Origin: Candidatus Bathyarchaeia archaeon
Lineage (GTDB): Archaea > Thermoproteota > Bathyarchaeia > Bathyarchaeales > Bathycorpusculaceae
Direction: 5' to 3'
Length of the DNA stretch: 40,880 nucleotides
Assembly: GCA_050012755.1 (NCBI GenBank)
Contig: JBEKGO010000023.1
Coordinates: 1-40,880 of the forward strand
The position numbers were made by a program, and so were the translations under genes. Within the stretch, counting starts at the first letter, position 1, and the number at the start of each line of letters is the position of its first letter. Under the pieces are notes generated by a model. The model was given only the letters and a program-made list of their open reading frames with translations. It was not told where the DNA came from and ran no database searches. This document shows, in pieces, positions 18,367-28,909 of this stretch.

Positions 18367-18920
18367 ACCACTATTTTTTCTTTAGAAGCCTGATGATAGA
18401 AACGCCATGCTGAAAGATAAGCAACAACTAAAACTATAAGTTCCGCAAAAACGCCAAAGGGTATGGCTGCTTCTAAAGCAAAAAAGTTGTTTGTCACGTG
18501 AAGAATTGCAGCCATCAAGTAGTATGGCAATGGGTTTTTCTTAGCTATTCCGTAACCTGTTATGCCAGCGCTTGAAGCATGAAAAATGACGCCTGGGATT
18601 CTATCAATTAAAGGTGCGCCAGAAAGGAAAACGTACAATACCAATTCGGAAATGCCAAACCCTAAACCGATAAGGATACCTAAAGTAACGATGGATCTTT
18701 CAGTTTCACCATGCCTATAGAATAATGGAAAAACTTTCGCTAACTCCTCTATGAACGGCGCTAAAATCACTATCGATAAAGCGACAGAAACCAAAGAAGA
18801 TAATTGTTCAAAAACCAAAGCAAAAGGAATGCTGACCAAGATTCCCGAGGCAAAAAAGAACGCTAACTCTTTTTTTGTTGGTTTATGAAGTGGTATAATG
18901 CATTGCCGTTCATTTTCCAT
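18363..18920 (-). CDS. PrsW-family glutamic intramembrane protease
   Basis: APFIEELAK, GLGFGISE, FH...LHVTNN motifs in a multi-TM protein. Confidence 0.85.
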   Translation of the reverse strand: MENERQCIIPLHKPTKKELAFFFASGILVSIPFALVFEQLSSLVSVALSIVILAPFIEELAKVFPLFYRHGETERSIVTLGILIGLGFGISELVLYVFLSGAPLIDRIPGVIFHASSAGITGYGIAKKNPLPYYLMAAILHVTNNFFALEAAIPFGVFAELIVLVVAYLSAWRFYHQASKEKIVV

Positions 18921-19031
18921 AAAAAAAGCTTCCTAGTAGAAAATGAATTTATCACTTCCTTATCAACCTTGTTACCAACCATAGAACCTAAATACAGGTC
19001 CCTTACATTAAGAACAAAAGTTGTGTTAAAA

Positions 19032-19505
19032 ATGAGCTCTCTAATTATTCTATTCTCTTATCATCACAAAAACACCGAAAAAGTAGCCCAGGTCATCGCC
19101 AAAACTTTGGATGCAGAAATAAAAAAACCCGAGCAAACTGACCCAAACAGCTTAACAAACTATGACCTCCTTGGTTTCGGTTCAGGGATTTACTTTAGAC
19201 ACCACCATAAGGTTTTGCTTCAGTTTGTCGATAAAATTCCTCAAGCCGCTAACAAGAAAGCATTCATATTCTCCACAAGTGGTCAAACAGGAAACATGCA
19301 AAAATTTCATAAGCAGCTTAAGGAAAAACTCTTGGCTAAAGGTTTTAACATTGTTAGCGAATTTAATTGTGCCGCCTTTGACACTTTTGGACTTTTGAAA
19401 ATAGTCGGAGGCTTAAACAAAGAAAGACCTAATGAAGACGACCTTGAAAAAGCAAAAGAATTTGCATTAAGCCTTAAGAAAAATATGCCTGATGCAACAA
19501 AATAG
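19032..19505 (+). CDS. Flavodoxin-family protein
   Basis: SYHHKNTEKVA, GFGSGIY, FIFSTSG, RPNEDDLEKA. ATG 19032 is preferred over 18885. Confidence 0.9.
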   Translation: MSSLIILFSYHHKNTEKVAQVIAKTLDAEIKKPEQTDPNSLTNYDLLGFGSGIYFRHHHKVLLQFVDKIPQAANKKAFIFSTSGQTGNMQKFHKQLKEKLLAKGFNIVSEFNCAAFDTFGLLKIVGGLNKERPNEDDLEKAKEFALSLKKNMPDATK

Positions 19506-19516
19506 GATTTGAGAAT

Positions 19517-20890
19517 TTAGAAGCCAGCTTCTAATGGGTCGGCAGGCTTCATTATTTCCCTTAGAAGCACTGTAGCGTATGAACCCCTAAGCAACATAAA
19601 GCTTAACTCGACTTGGCAGCCGCCATCTTTTTCAATTGCTGAGACATTTTTGGCCTCAAAATTCTTGACCAAAGTAATCGCTGTTCTTAATCCACCTCTG
19701 CAGGCGACCCTTGATAATTCATTAACCTTTGAGTTTTCTAAGTTGATTTCTTCTTGTTCAAGAACTTGTTTTTCTATTTCTCCCATAACGCCTTGTGAAA
19801 GCTTCTGTTTTATCCCTACTATTGGAAGGGCTACCCGCATTTTTCCCGATTTCAATTGCTCGTTAATATCCGTTACCGTTTCGGACGTTACCATTTTTGC
19901 AATCTTTGTAACAGGTAATCCCGAACGTTCAACGCCAACTACATAATCCCCGATTTCAGCCTTATTAAGGAAGTAGCTCTGCTTAATCCGTTCGCTCAAA
20001 AAACGATTAAAAAGGTACGATTGATGTGCTTGAACAAAAAGTTCCTGAAGCTTTAACGGTAACCTTTTAAATGCACCAACAAAATCGTTAGGATTATCAG
20101 CCAAATGACTGAGCATAATCTTTTCAAAGCGAAGCTGTTTTGGAAAATTTTCCAAGGCCTCCCTAAAATTTCCTGATTCTTGCAGTTGTTGGCGTGCTTG
20201 CCTTGATGATGGGTGCTCATGAATGCTTGGCTTGGCTAAGAAAAGCATTGTTGCTTCCTTGAAATCGCCTTGAAAGAGGGCTTTGCCAACTAAATGGGTT
20301 ATTGGGCGGGTGGTCCCAAAACGTTGGTGCCCAAAAAAATTTGGGATGCCACCTAAGGCTTGAAGTTGCCCGTAAGTCTGAGCTATCCTTGTTTTAACTG
20401 CGTCTTGTTCAAGCGCCATTGATTTTATTTTTATTGTAAAATAGTTGCCCAGCAAGTAATACAGTGAAAGTGCCTCACGAACATAGCCAATTGGGTAAAG
20501 CTGGGTATCTTTAACGTTGACTTTGGAAGCATCATCTATTGAGCTATTTTCAATCGTTAAATGTTGTCCCGTGACAGCTTTAGCATCTTTTATGCCTGCA
20601 ATCTGAATGCGTCTTTGGTCTATGCCAAGCTGTACCGCAATGTTTTTGACAGCTATGAAGGTGTCCCAGTTACGCTTAACCAAAACACATAACAGAAACC
20701 TCTGGATCTGGGAGGAAGAGCCCAAGACTTTACTTGAAATCGTTCCGTTGACGTTTGCCTTTGAGCCGTCAATAAGCATTTCTTCAACAACAAAATCGTC
20801 AACCGTTTCACGAATCGCACCGCCGACGCCTAAACTATCAGTGGCGTAAACCTCAATGCCAAGCTGCTTATCAAGCGGTGAAACAGGCAC
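19517..20890 (-). CDS. truD: tRNA pseudouridine(13) synthase
   Basis: DFVVEE, AGIKDAKAVTGQ, GNYF, PNFFGHQRFG, GSYATVLLREI. Confidence 0.96.
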   Translation of the reverse strand: MPVSPLDKQLGIEVYATDSLGVGGAIRETVDDFVVEEMLIDGSKANVNGTISSKVLGSSSQIQRFLLCVLVKRNWDTFIAVKNIAVQLGIDQRRIQIAGIKDAKAVTGQHLTIENSSIDDASKVNVKDTQLYPIGYVREALSLYYLLGNYFTIKIKSMALEQDAVKTRIAQTYGQLQALGGIPNFFGHQRFGTTRPITHLVGKALFQGDFKEATMLFLAKPSIHEHPSSRQARQQLQESGNFREALENFPKQLRFEKIMLSHLADNPNDFVGAFKRLPLKLQELFVQAHQSYLFNRFLSERIKQSYFLNKAEIGDYVVGVERSGLPVTKIAKMVTSETVTDINEQLKSGKMRVALPIVGIKQKLSQGVMGEIEKQVLEQEEINLENSKVNELSRVACRGGLRTAITLVKNFEAKNVSAIEKDGGCQVELSFMLLRGSYATVLLREIMKPADPLEAGF

Positions 20891-20899
20891 ACAATCGCC

Positions 20900-21262
20900 T
20901 TACAACAACTTTAGTTTGCCCGTTAAGCGGTCAATCTTTTCTGCTGGAGCAGGACCAATCCCCAAACACGTTATTGTGCCTTCTGGAACCTCAGTTAAGC
21001 CTCTGTCAACGATCAATGCATGAGGCAAGCCTAGCTGGTCAGCAGCCTCTTCTAATTCACCAAGCTCTTTTTCATCAGCAACTTTTACTGCAATCTTACG
21101 TTGGCCCTCATACATCCATGCTTCCCACCATTTTTTGTGTTGGTTAAAAGCGGCTTGAGCGGCTGAAACTGCTGCGTGTCCAGCTTGCGCTGCAATTTTG
21201 CCTTTACTCATTCGCAAATCGGTTCGAAACACGAGGACTTGTTTGTATTCAAATTCGCCCAT
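20900..21262 (-). CDS. pth2: Peptidyl-tRNA hydrolase Pth2
   Basis: MSKGKIAAQAGHAAV, GQRKI, DRGLTEV, GIGP. Confidence 0.97.
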   Translation of the reverse strand: MGEFEYKQVLVFRTDLRMSKGKIAAQAGHAAVSAAQAAFNQHKKWWEAWMYEGQRKIAVKVADEKELGELEEAADQLGLPHALIVDRGLTEVPEGTITCLGIGPAPAEKIDRLTGKLKLL

Positions 21263-21300
21263 TCTTTTTTATCCCGCCTCTAGTTTGGCACTCGAACATT

Positions 21301-22548
21301 TTAAGGGTTTGTGGAGAGGTAGACCATCGCAAAGTAAGCCAGCGCTGCCACCATCGCCGGTTTGCCTAGAGCCGTAAGAATCATTTTGCCTTGAAAATCG
21401 ATTTCATCAACATCAATTAATGCCCTATCAACGCCCAGTTTTCCACATACCCGTAGCATTTCATCCACTTTTTCGTCTGTCAAAGAATTAAGAAACCTCC
21501 TCAGCTTAAGCATAACATTAAAATCGAAACTTAGTAGGTTTGAACATCGTTTTTGGTAAATCTTAAGAAAATCGGCGGAAACATCGGCTTTATGCAAGGC
21601 TTCAGATGCTGTTTGAGCTGCTACTTTAGCGCATGTTAATCCAAAAATTACTCCGCCACCAGTGGTTGGTTTAACTTGGGAAGCGCAGTCGCCGCAGGCA
21701 AGAAATCCGTTCCCGTAGGTCCTGCTTATTGGACCACCCAATGTTATGGCGTGGTATCCAATCTTTGTTATTTTGGCTTTGTCAAGCTGTTTTGAAGCAA
21801 AAGGATGTTTAGACATCAATGCATTGAGAAACTCGCGGGGGTTTCCTTGGTTTGTTGCTAAGCCAACTTTTGCTGTTCCATCAAGCTTTGGAATGAGCCA
21901 TCCATAAAACCCGGGCGCATAGGATTTGCCAAAATAAACTTCAACAGCGTTAGGTTGAAGATCTTTTACGTTTTCCACTTCTGTTTCAACTGCATAGACA
22001 AGCCCTTTTGGCTTAAGGGAAGCTAAACCCGCCTGCTTCAAAAGTCTAGAAGAGATGCCTTCAGAATCCAACGTAATTTTGGCGTAAATCTCTTCTTTTT
22101 GACCGTTTCGTTGGACAATTACTCCTTTAACAAAACCACCTGCTATAATCAGTGATTCGACGCGTGCATCTAAAATAAATTGTGCCCCAGCTGCTTTAGC
22201 TTGCTCAGCCAGATACTGGTCAAAGCGGGCCCTATTCAAAACTGCCGTCACCGGTTGCGAGAGATGAAGGGAAAATTTTGTACCCGTTGGCGAATAGAAG
22301 TTTGCAGTGTCAAAAGTGTTTTCAACAATGCCCTTTGGAAGCGGATACAAACCCATGCTACGTAAGCTACGGATGCTCAGATGTCCCGCGCAATGGGAAG
22401 GTAATCCGATTTCAGGATGCTCTTCAAAAACTGTGACTTTAACGCCTAGTTTAGCCAAGTTTAAGGCCGCATAAGAACCGACAGGTCCACCTCCAATAAC
22501 TACAGCGTCAGTAGTTGATTCTGTCGGTTGCACTGTTTGCGTAATCAT
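21301..22548 (-). CDS. Geranylgeranyl reductase-family FAD oxidoreductase
   Basis: GGGPVG, HCAG, RARFD, YGWLIP, GDCASQVKPTTGGG. Confidence 0.9.
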   Translation of the reverse strand: MITQTVQPTESTTDAVVIGGGPVGSYAALNLAKLGVKVTVFEEHPEIGLPSHCAGHLSIRSLRSMGLYPLPKGIVENTFDTANFYSPTGTKFSLHLSQPVTAVLNRARFDQYLAEQAKAAGAQFILDARVESLIIAGGFVKGVIVQRNGQKEEIYAKITLDSEGISSRLLKQAGLASLKPKGLVYAVETEVENVKDLQPNAVEVYFGKSYAPGFYGWLIPKLDGTAKVGLATNQGNPREFLNALMSKHPFASKQLDKAKITKIGYHAITLGGPISRTYGNGFLACGDCASQVKPTTGGGVIFGLTCAKVAAQTASEALHKADVSADFLKIYQKRCSNLLSFDFNVMLKLRRFLNSLTDEKVDEMLRVCGKLGVDRALIDVDEIDFQGKMILTALGKPAMVAALAYFAMVYLSTNP

Positions 22549-22555
22549 CGTTAAG

Positions 22556-22786
22556 CTACTGGACTAATTCAATACGGCGTTTTCCACGCGCCATTGAGGA
22601 AGTCCGGATTTTGCCGCTTACTTCCAGCTTTAACAGTAAGTCGTTGAAGTCTTTGTAGCCTAAATCCTCATACTCGCCCTTGACCTGAGTTAGTAGCTCA
22701 TCGTCGGTTAAGTCGCCTTTTTTCTGGAGAATTTCCAATACAAAAAAGTAAGAAGGTCGAGTTTTCCAAACTTTAATTTGCGGCAT
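22556..22786 (-). CDS. Small winged-helix-like hypothetical protein
   Basis: 76 aa with a LLLKLEVSGKI...GKRRIEL wHTH-like pattern; 12 nt downstream of cdc48. Confidence 0.8.
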   Translation of the reverse strand: MPQIKVWKTRPSYFFVLEILQKKGDLTDDELLTQVKGEYEDLGYKDFNDLLLKLEVSGKIRTSSMARGKRRIELVQ

Positions 22787-22798
22787 AAGCGTCCTTCT

Positions 22799-25006
22799 CT
22801 AAGCAACTGGTGTTGCTGGCTTTTGTACTTGTCGCACTTGCTGCATGAAACTCTTGTACCACTTCTCCATATCAGGAGTTATTGATGGGCCCATCTCTTT
22901 TAAGGCATCCAAGAAATCCTTCATGGCGACTTCAGTGGAGTTAACGTCTCTTCGTAATGCATGCATCGCTGCTTCTCTACATAAAGATTCAATGTCAGCA
23001 CCCGAATAGTACTTAGTCATAATTGTTATTTGGTTTATGTCAACGTCTTTGCCGATTGGCATGCCTTTTGTGTAGATTTTGAGTATTTGCAAGCGACTTT
23101 TTTCGTCTGGTTCAGGAACATAAATTAATCTATCGAATCTTCCTGGGCGCAGCACTGCGGGATCAACCATGTCTGGGCGGTTGGTTGCAGCGATAACAAC
23201 GATATCTTGTAATGTAGTTATTCCATCCATTTCTGTAAGAAGTTGACTTATGACCCGCTCTGAGACACCGCTGTCAGACATACCCATGCCACGTCTAGGT
23301 GTAAGTGAATCTATCTCGTCAAGGAATATGACCGCTGGTGCTGCCATTCTTGCTTTACGGAACACTTCACGTATGGCTTTTTCTGATTCTCCAACCCATT
23401 TAGAGAACACTTCAGGACCCTTAATGGATATGAAGTTAGCTTCACTTTCAGTTGCCACCCCTCGGGCTAGGAGAGTTTTGCCGCAGCCTGGTGGACCATA
23501 TAGCAATATACCTTTTGGTGGTCTAATTCCAAGTCGAGTAAACATTTCAGGATTCTTAATAGGCCACTCTACAGATTCTTTGAGGTGCTCTTTTACCTCG
23601 TCAAGTCCGCCAATGTCATCCCAGTGCACAGTAGAAACTTCGATGTAGACTTCACGCATGGCTGTGGGTGTCACTTCTTTGTAAGCGCCGAGGAAATCGC
23701 TCATTAAAATCTCCATCTTCTCCAGCACTGCAGGTGGAATGCGTTCTTCTTCAAGGTTAATTTGCGGTAAATATCTGCGGAGGGCTTTCATGGCTGTTTC
23801 TCTGCCCAGCGCTGATAAGTCTGCGCCTGTATAGCCATGTGTCATGTCAGCGAGTTTCTTGAGGTCAACATCATCTGGCGATTTTTCTGCTGTTGCAGCT
23901 TTCTCAATACCATGGAGAGGCATTCCTCTTGTGTGGATCTGGAGAACTTCGTAGCGTCCTTTCTTGTCAGGCACTCCGATTTCTATTTCTCTGTCAAATC
24001 TTCCAGGTCTACGCAATGCAGGGTCTAAGGCGCCTGGGCGGTTAGTTGCGCCAATCACTATGACGTTTCCTCTTCCGCTTAATCCATCCATTAGCGCGAG
24101 GAGTTGTGCGACGACGCGTCTTTCAACTTCGCCTGTAACTTCTTCTCTTTTAGGCGCTATAGCATCTAATTCGTCCACGAAAATTATGCTTGGTGCATTC
24201 TGTTGAGCTTGCTGGAAAATTTCCCGTAAACGCGCTTCTGATTCACCGTAGAATTTGCTCATGATTTCTGGACCGTTAATGGAGTAGAAGTTGGCTTCTG
24301 ACTCGTTAGCGACCGCTCGGGCTAGAAGTGTTTTGCCGCAGCCTGGTGGACCGTGAAGTAGCACACCTTTTGGTGGTTCGATTCCAAGGCGCTGGAAGAG
24401 TTCTGGGTGCCGCAGTGGCAGTTCAACCATTTCTCGGACGCGTTGGATTTCTTCGTGCAAGCCGCCGATGTCTTCGTAGGTGGTTCTTGGTAAGCCTTTG
24501 CCTTCGGGCGCTGGCTCGTTTAGTATGGTTAAACGTGTTTCAGATGTTACTTTTATTATACCGTGCGGTCGGGTTTTTGAAACTGTGAATGGTATCGCAT
24601 GTCCAAGCATCATCACAAGAGTTGTGTCTCCTTCAACCAAGGTGCGTTCCATGAGGCGGTTCTTAACAAAATTAGTGAAATCTTCATCAACATTAAGCCT
24701 CATATCCACTGGTGCGAGTGTTATGCTTAGGGCTGTTTTGACTTTTGCAGGACGTACAACAACATACTCGTTTATGGCTACGCCAGTGTTTTTGCGTGTA
24801 TAACCGTCGATTCGGATGATGTCGCGGTTTTGGTCTTCACTGTAAGCTGGCCAAGCAATTGCCGAGGTTGTACGTTTGTTAATTATTTCTATTACATCTC
24901 CAGCGCTAATGCCTAATTTCTGCATTGTTCGCTGGTCAATCCGGGCGATTCCTCTGCCCACATCTCTTTGCCTTGCGTCTCCAACGCGTAATTGAACTTC
25001 ACTCAA
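22799..25006 (-). CDS. cdc48: CDC48/VAT AAA+ ATPase
   Basis: N-domain ([10 protein letters not shown]), two GPPGCGKT Walker A motifs, FVDE/FLDE Walker B motifs and RPGRFDR twice. TTG start with GGAGG SD. Confidence 0.98.
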   Translation of the reverse strand: MSEVQLRVGDARQRDVGRGIARIDQRTMQKLGISAGDVIEIINKRTTSAIAWPAYSEDQNRDIIRIDGYTRKNTGVAINEYVVVRPAKVKTALSITLAPVDMRLNVDEDFTNFVKNRLMERTLVEGDTTLVMMLGHAIPFTVSKTRPHGIIKVTSETRLTILNEPAPEGKGLPRTTYEDIGGLHEEIQRVREMVELPLRHPELFQRLGIEPPKGVLLHGPPGCGKTLLARAVANESEANFYSINGPEIMSKFYGESEARLREIFQQAQQNAPSIIFVDELDAIAPKREEVTGEVERRVVAQLLALMDGLSGRGNVIVIGATNRPGALDPALRRPGRFDREIEIGVPDKKGRYEVLQIHTRGMPLHGIEKAATAEKSPDDVDLKKLADMTHGYTGADLSALGRETAMKALRRYLPQINLEEERIPPAVLEKMEILMSDFLGAYKEVTPTAMREVYIEVSTVHWDDIGGLDEVKEHLKESVEWPIKNPEMFTRLGIRPPKGILLYGPPGCGKTLLARGVATESEANFISIKGPEVFSKWVGESEKAIREVFRKARMAAPAVIFLDEIDSLTPRRGMGMSDSGVSERVISQLLTEMDGITTLQDIVVIAATNRPDMVDPAVLRPGRFDRLIYVPEPDEKSRLQILKIYTKGMPIGKDVDINQITIMTKYYSGADIESLCREAAMHALRRDVNSTEVAMKDFLDALKEMGPSITPDMEKWYKSFMQQVRQVQKPATPVA

Positions 25007-25064
25007 ACAGAATCCTCCAATAATCTGATGCTAAAGTTATGTTGGAAAAGAAAACCCTCATTCC

Positions 25065-25072
25065 TATATAAA
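25065..25072 (-). promoter_or_regulatory. Putative TATA box of the cdc48 operon
   Basis: TTTATATA on the minus strand, preceded by purine-rich AAAG, about 60 nt upstream of the start. Confidence 0.55.
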
Positions 25073-25154
25073 CTTTAGAGCGTGAGGGCGCATACTTACA
25101 GATGTTTGTAAGTGAGAAGATTGATGGATTCTTGTCTAAAAACAAGAATTTGGG

Positions 25155-25433
25155 CTAGTCTCTGCTGCTTCGGCGTACATACATGCATTGCGCTTGGCTG
25201 ACGCCTGGGATTTTACCGAGTTTTTCTTCAAATTCGTCAACAATGCCGCCTTTGTCTTCAGGGAATTTAAGTTGAACAAGAAGCGCTACCAATCCAAAAG
25301 CCACTGGTTCCTCCCCGTATCCTTCAATAGCAGCAAACTCTGGTTTTATGTTATTAATTTCTTTTTTGAGGGCATCAAAATTTTCCATTATGTCTTCTGG
25401 GAAAACCTTGTACGTTACAATAACGCTTCCCAT
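25155..25433 (-). CDS. ef1b: Elongation factor 1-beta
   Basis: YKVFPED, EEPVAFGLVAL, GVSQAQ. Confidence 0.95.
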   Translation of the reverse strand: MGSVIVTYKVFPEDIMENFDALKKEINNIKPEFAAIEGYGEEPVAFGLVALLVQLKFPEDKGGIVDEFEEKLGKIPGVSQAQCMYVRRSSRD

Positions 25434-25444
25434 GTTTTATCGCC

Positions 25445-25624
25445 TTATGGTCCTGTGAATCCGCATTTTGGACATTTGTATACGCGTCCGAATTTGCGGC
25501 ATTTTCCATCTCTTTTAATTTGGATTTCTCCGCAGTTGGGGCAGAGGAATTTTGTGGATTCGCTGGCTGGCGGAATTGGTTTGCCGCAGCTTGTACAGGT
25601 AACTAAGGACAGTTTTTCTGTCAT
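25445..25624 (-). CDS. Zn-finger micro-protein (DUF1610 / HVO_2753 family), 59 aa
   Basis: Hand translation: MTEKLSLVTCTSCGKPIPPASESTKFLCPNCGEIQIKRDGKCRKFGRVYKCPKCGFTGP*. Conserved position upstream of ef1b. Not in the ORF track. Confidence 0.93.
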   Translation of the reverse strand: MTEKLSLVTCTSCGKPIPPASESTKFLCPNCGEIQIKRDGKCRKFGRVYKCPKCGFTGP

Positions 25625-25768
25625 AATCTACATCTCTTGCGGTTTTAAATTGTAAGGGTTCCTTATATCTGCTATGCTTGCAACTTCACGATAACCTGTT
25701 GATATTTAAAATTAACTTTTCGCAAGTTTATTAAGAAGGGTTCTTGCCTATTTTATTCGTGGTAAATT

Positions 25769-26803
25769 TTGGGCGTAGACTTCAAAGACCTTGTTCCGAA
25801 AACTCCGGTTAAGCTTGAGGATTTAAGCGGCAAAATTATTGCAATAGACGCTTACAACGCCATTTACCAGTTTCTCTCCATTATCCGCCAACCTGATGGC
25901 ACCCCGCTAAAAGACAGCACAGGACACATAACAAGCCACCTCAGCGGCTTATTTTACCGTACAAGCAACCTTGTTGAAATGGGCATAAAACCGATCTATG
26001 TTTTTGACGGTATTCCGCCAACCTTAAAAGCGGCTGAAATTGAGCGACGCAGACAGGTCAAAGTGGAAGCAGCTGTGCACTATGAAAAGGCTGTCGCGAA
26101 AGGCGACACAGTAAAGATGCGTATGTTCGCTCAGGCAACAACAAGCATGAAAGATTACATGCAGGAAGATAGCCGCAAACTTTTGGATCTTATGGGTTTG
26201 CCTTGGATTCAGGCACCAAGCGAAGGAGAAGCTCAAGCAGCATACATGACCAAATGCAGCCATGCCGATTACTGTGCAAGCCAAGACTACGACAGTTTGC
26301 TTTTTGGCGCACCTAAGCTTCTTAGAAACGTAACTATTTCTGGCAGGCGCAAACTTCCTAGCAAAGGAATCTACGTAGATGTCGTGCCAGAAGTTATTGA
26401 GTTATCTAAAGCATTAAGCGAAAGCGGTTTGACTTATGAGCAATTAATAGATGTTGCCATATTAATCGGGACAGACTTCAATCCAAACGGCATAAAAGGT
26501 CTCGGGCCAAAAACTGCTCTTAAACTAATCAAACAATATGGATCATTAGATTCCGCCATCCCTAACATAAAAAATGCTTCTTTTCCAGTTGAGCCAAACT
26601 GTATAAGAGCCGTCTTTTTGCATCCTGAAGTTACGGATAACTACAAGCTAGAGTGGAGAGAGCCAAATGTGGAGGGCGTAATTGACTTCATGTGCCGACA
26701 GAAAGAGTTCTCTGAAGATAGGGTGAGAAAATCTTTAGATAAAATGAAGGAAGGCTCCAAGAAACAGAAAGCTAAAATGACTTTGGAAAAATGGTTCGGT
26801 TAA
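25769..26803 (+). CDS. fen: Flap endonuclease 1
   Basis: IDAYNAIYQFL, VFDG, APSEGEAQAA, SQDYD, GTDF, GLGPKTA and a PIP-like C-terminus. Confidence 0.98.
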   Translation: MGVDFKDLVPKTPVKLEDLSGKIIAIDAYNAIYQFLSIIRQPDGTPLKDSTGHITSHLSGLFYRTSNLVEMGIKPIYVFDGIPPTLKAAEIERRRQVKVEAAVHYEKAVAKGDTVKMRMFAQATTSMKDYMQEDSRKLLDLMGLPWIQAPSEGEAQAAYMTKCSHADYCASQDYDSLLFGAPKLLRNVTISGRRKLPSKGIYVDVVPEVIELSKALSESGLTYEQLIDVAILIGTDFNPNGIKGLGPKTALKLIKQYGSLDSAIPNIKNASFPVEPNCIRAVFLHPEVTDNYKLEWREPNVEGVIDFMCRQKEFSEDRVRKSLDKMKEGSKKQKAKMTLEKWFG

Positions 26804-26859
26804 CCTGCCTTGATTACATGTTTTTGGTTTTAAGAATTATAAATAAACGGAGAAAAGCG

Positions 26860-28689
26860 CTACTTCACAGTAACGCACTTCGCCAAGTTCCTTGGCATAT
26901 CTGGGTTGTATCCTTTCTCAAGCGCAACATAATACGCTAAAAGCTGCAAAGGCACTACAAAAGGAATTGGCGACAGAACACCCGGGATTCCCTTGGGGAC
27001 CTCAATGTACTCATTAGCTAACGATTTGATATCCTCATCTCCTTCCTCGACGACAGCGATTATATGGGCGCCTCTGGCTTTCATTTCCATAATGTTACCA
27101 ACCAGCGTCTTGTGACAATCATCTTTGGGGCACAAGAAAACGACTGGAAAACCATTTTCAACAAGACTGATTGGTCCATGTTTGCTTTCGCCAGCTGGGA
27201 ACGCGATCGATGGAATATAAGCAATTTCCATAAGTTTGAGTCTGCCTTCATAAGCAGTGGCAGTGCTGATTCCTCTGCCTAAGAAAAAGAATACCTTCGA
27301 ATCCTTGTATTTCTTGGCAATTTGCTTAACTTTTTCCTCTTGCGTCCTAACTATGGTATCAGCAATATCAGGTAACTTATCCAAATTTGCCTCAAGACTA
27401 TCCATTTCATCCTGCGAAATTTTACCCCTCTTCTTTGCCAACCGAAGCGCAAGCTGCGCCATCACGGAAAGCTGAGAAGTAAACGTTTTCGTAGCTGCAA
27501 CTCCAATCTCTGGACCAGCCTGCGTGCCAATATAAACACGGGAAATCCTCGTCAAACTAGAGCCAATAACATTAGTTAAGCTTAGAATCGTGGCTGCACG
27601 TTGTTGAGCGCAGGTAACAGCTGCTATAGTGTCTGCTGTTTCTCCTGATTGACTAACCGCTAAAATGGTGCTGTCAATGCTTACCGATTTGCCATGTTGT
27701 TCTATGAACTCGGAGGCATACACTGGGTAGGTTGGCAGAAATGCAAGTTTAGAAAACATGTATGAAGCTGCTAAACATGCGTGGTAGCTTGTTCCGCAAG
27801 CGACAAGAAAAACCTCGTTTGCTCGATCTAAAAATGTTGACATTAATTCCAAATAATGTTCCTGTATTCGAAGAGTGTTGCGCAGGGTTTCAGGTTGCTC
27901 ATGGATCTCTTTAATCATGAAGTGTGGATACCCTTGTTTGACCGCCATTTCAGCCGTCCACTCAATAGTTATTGGTTCTCGGTTGACAGGGCTCAAATCT
28001 TGGATTTTTCTAATCTCATAACCTTGGGCTGTCAGAATAACTAGTTCACCATTATTTATCATGACTGCCTTGTTTGTAACTGGCAAAAATGCTGGAATAT
28101 CTGAGGCGCAAAAAACGCCTTTACCATTGATCCCTAAAACTAGTGGGCTCTCGTTTCTGGCACAGATTATTTTGTCTGGCTCTTTTGTGGAGATTATGGC
28201 AAGCGCGTATGAGCCTTCTAGTCGTTTGAGGGTTGCTTGAACTGCATCGACCAAAGAGAGCTTCGGATTCTCTTTGAAGGTTTGTTCGATAAGATGTGGA
28301 ATTACTTCGGTGTCTGTTTTGGAAACAAATGTGTGATCAAGATTTTGCAGTTCACTTCTGAGCTCCATAAAGTTTTCGATGATTCCGTTATGAACAACGA
28401 CTATTTCTCCTGTGCAGTCGGATTGCGGGTGAGCGTTCACTTTTAAAGGTGCGCCATGCGTTGCCCAACGTGTATGACCAATCCCTATGCTTCCTGGTAA
28501 GTCGTCGAGGTTTACAATTTTATGGACCTCATCAATTTTTCCCGAATCTTTTTTCAGAAAGATTTTTCCATCGGAGATTGTTGCTATGCCCACAGAGTCA
28601 TAGCCACGGTATTCAAGACGTTTAAGTGATGAATGAATTAACGGTGCAGCTTTTCCTTCTTTCAAGACACAACCAAATATTCCACACAT
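26860..28689 (-). CDS. glmS: Glutamine--fructose-6-phosphate aminotransferase
   Basis: MCGIFG, LEYRGYDS, GHTRWATHG, SQSGETADT, PRNLAKCVTV. Confidence 0.98.
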   Translation of the reverse strand: MCGIFGCVLKEGKAAPLIHSSLKRLEYRGYDSVGIATISDGKIFLKKDSGKIDEVHKIVNLDDLPGSIGIGHTRWATHGAPLKVNAHPQSDCTGEIVVVHNGIIENFMELRSELQNLDHTFVSKTDTEVIPHLIEQTFKENPKLSLVDAVQATLKRLEGSYALAIISTKEPDKIICARNESPLVLGINGKGVFCASDIPAFLPVTNKAVMINNGELVILTAQGYEIRKIQDLSPVNREPITIEWTAEMAVKQGYPHFMIKEIHEQPETLRNTLRIQEHYLELMSTFLDRANEVFLVACGTSYHACLAASYMFSKLAFLPTYPVYASEFIEQHGKSVSIDSTILAVSQSGETADTIAAVTCAQQRAATILSLTNVIGSSLTRISRVYIGTQAGPEIGVAATKTFTSQLSVMAQLALRLAKKRGKISQDEMDSLEANLDKLPDIADTIVRTQEEKVKQIAKKYKDSKVFFFLGRGISTATAYEGRLKLMEIAYIPSIAFPAGESKHGPISLVENGFPVVFLCPKDDCHKTLVGNIMEMKARGAHIIAVVEEGDEDIKSLANEYIEVPKGIPGVLSPIPFVVPLQLLAYYVALEKGYNPDMPRNLAKCVTVK

Positions 28690-28909
28690 TTTGAAGTCTC
28701 GCTTTCCTTTTTCTGTAGCCTATGGAACCAGCGTTTTGTTAATAAGGATTTTTAGGATAAACTTTTGACTACTAACAATCTTCTTATAACGGCTATCTAG
28801 CTAACTATATATGGTAGCGCAAAGTTGCTAGCTGGGTCTCTAAAACTTTTGAACCATTATAAATAAATTTTTTATAGTACCTGCGAGTATTCATCCATTC
28901 GAACGCGAC

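Noticed and set aside
3521-25006. Ribophorin-like protein, proteasome beta, PrsW and Cdc48 as an ERAD-like system
   Set aside because: The genes are spread over more than 20 kb in separate transcription units, and no ubiquitin/SAMP components are present. Proximity alone is not evidence.
25188-25655. 155-aa plus-strand ORF
   Set aside because: Antisense shadow of ef1b and the DUF1610 gene.
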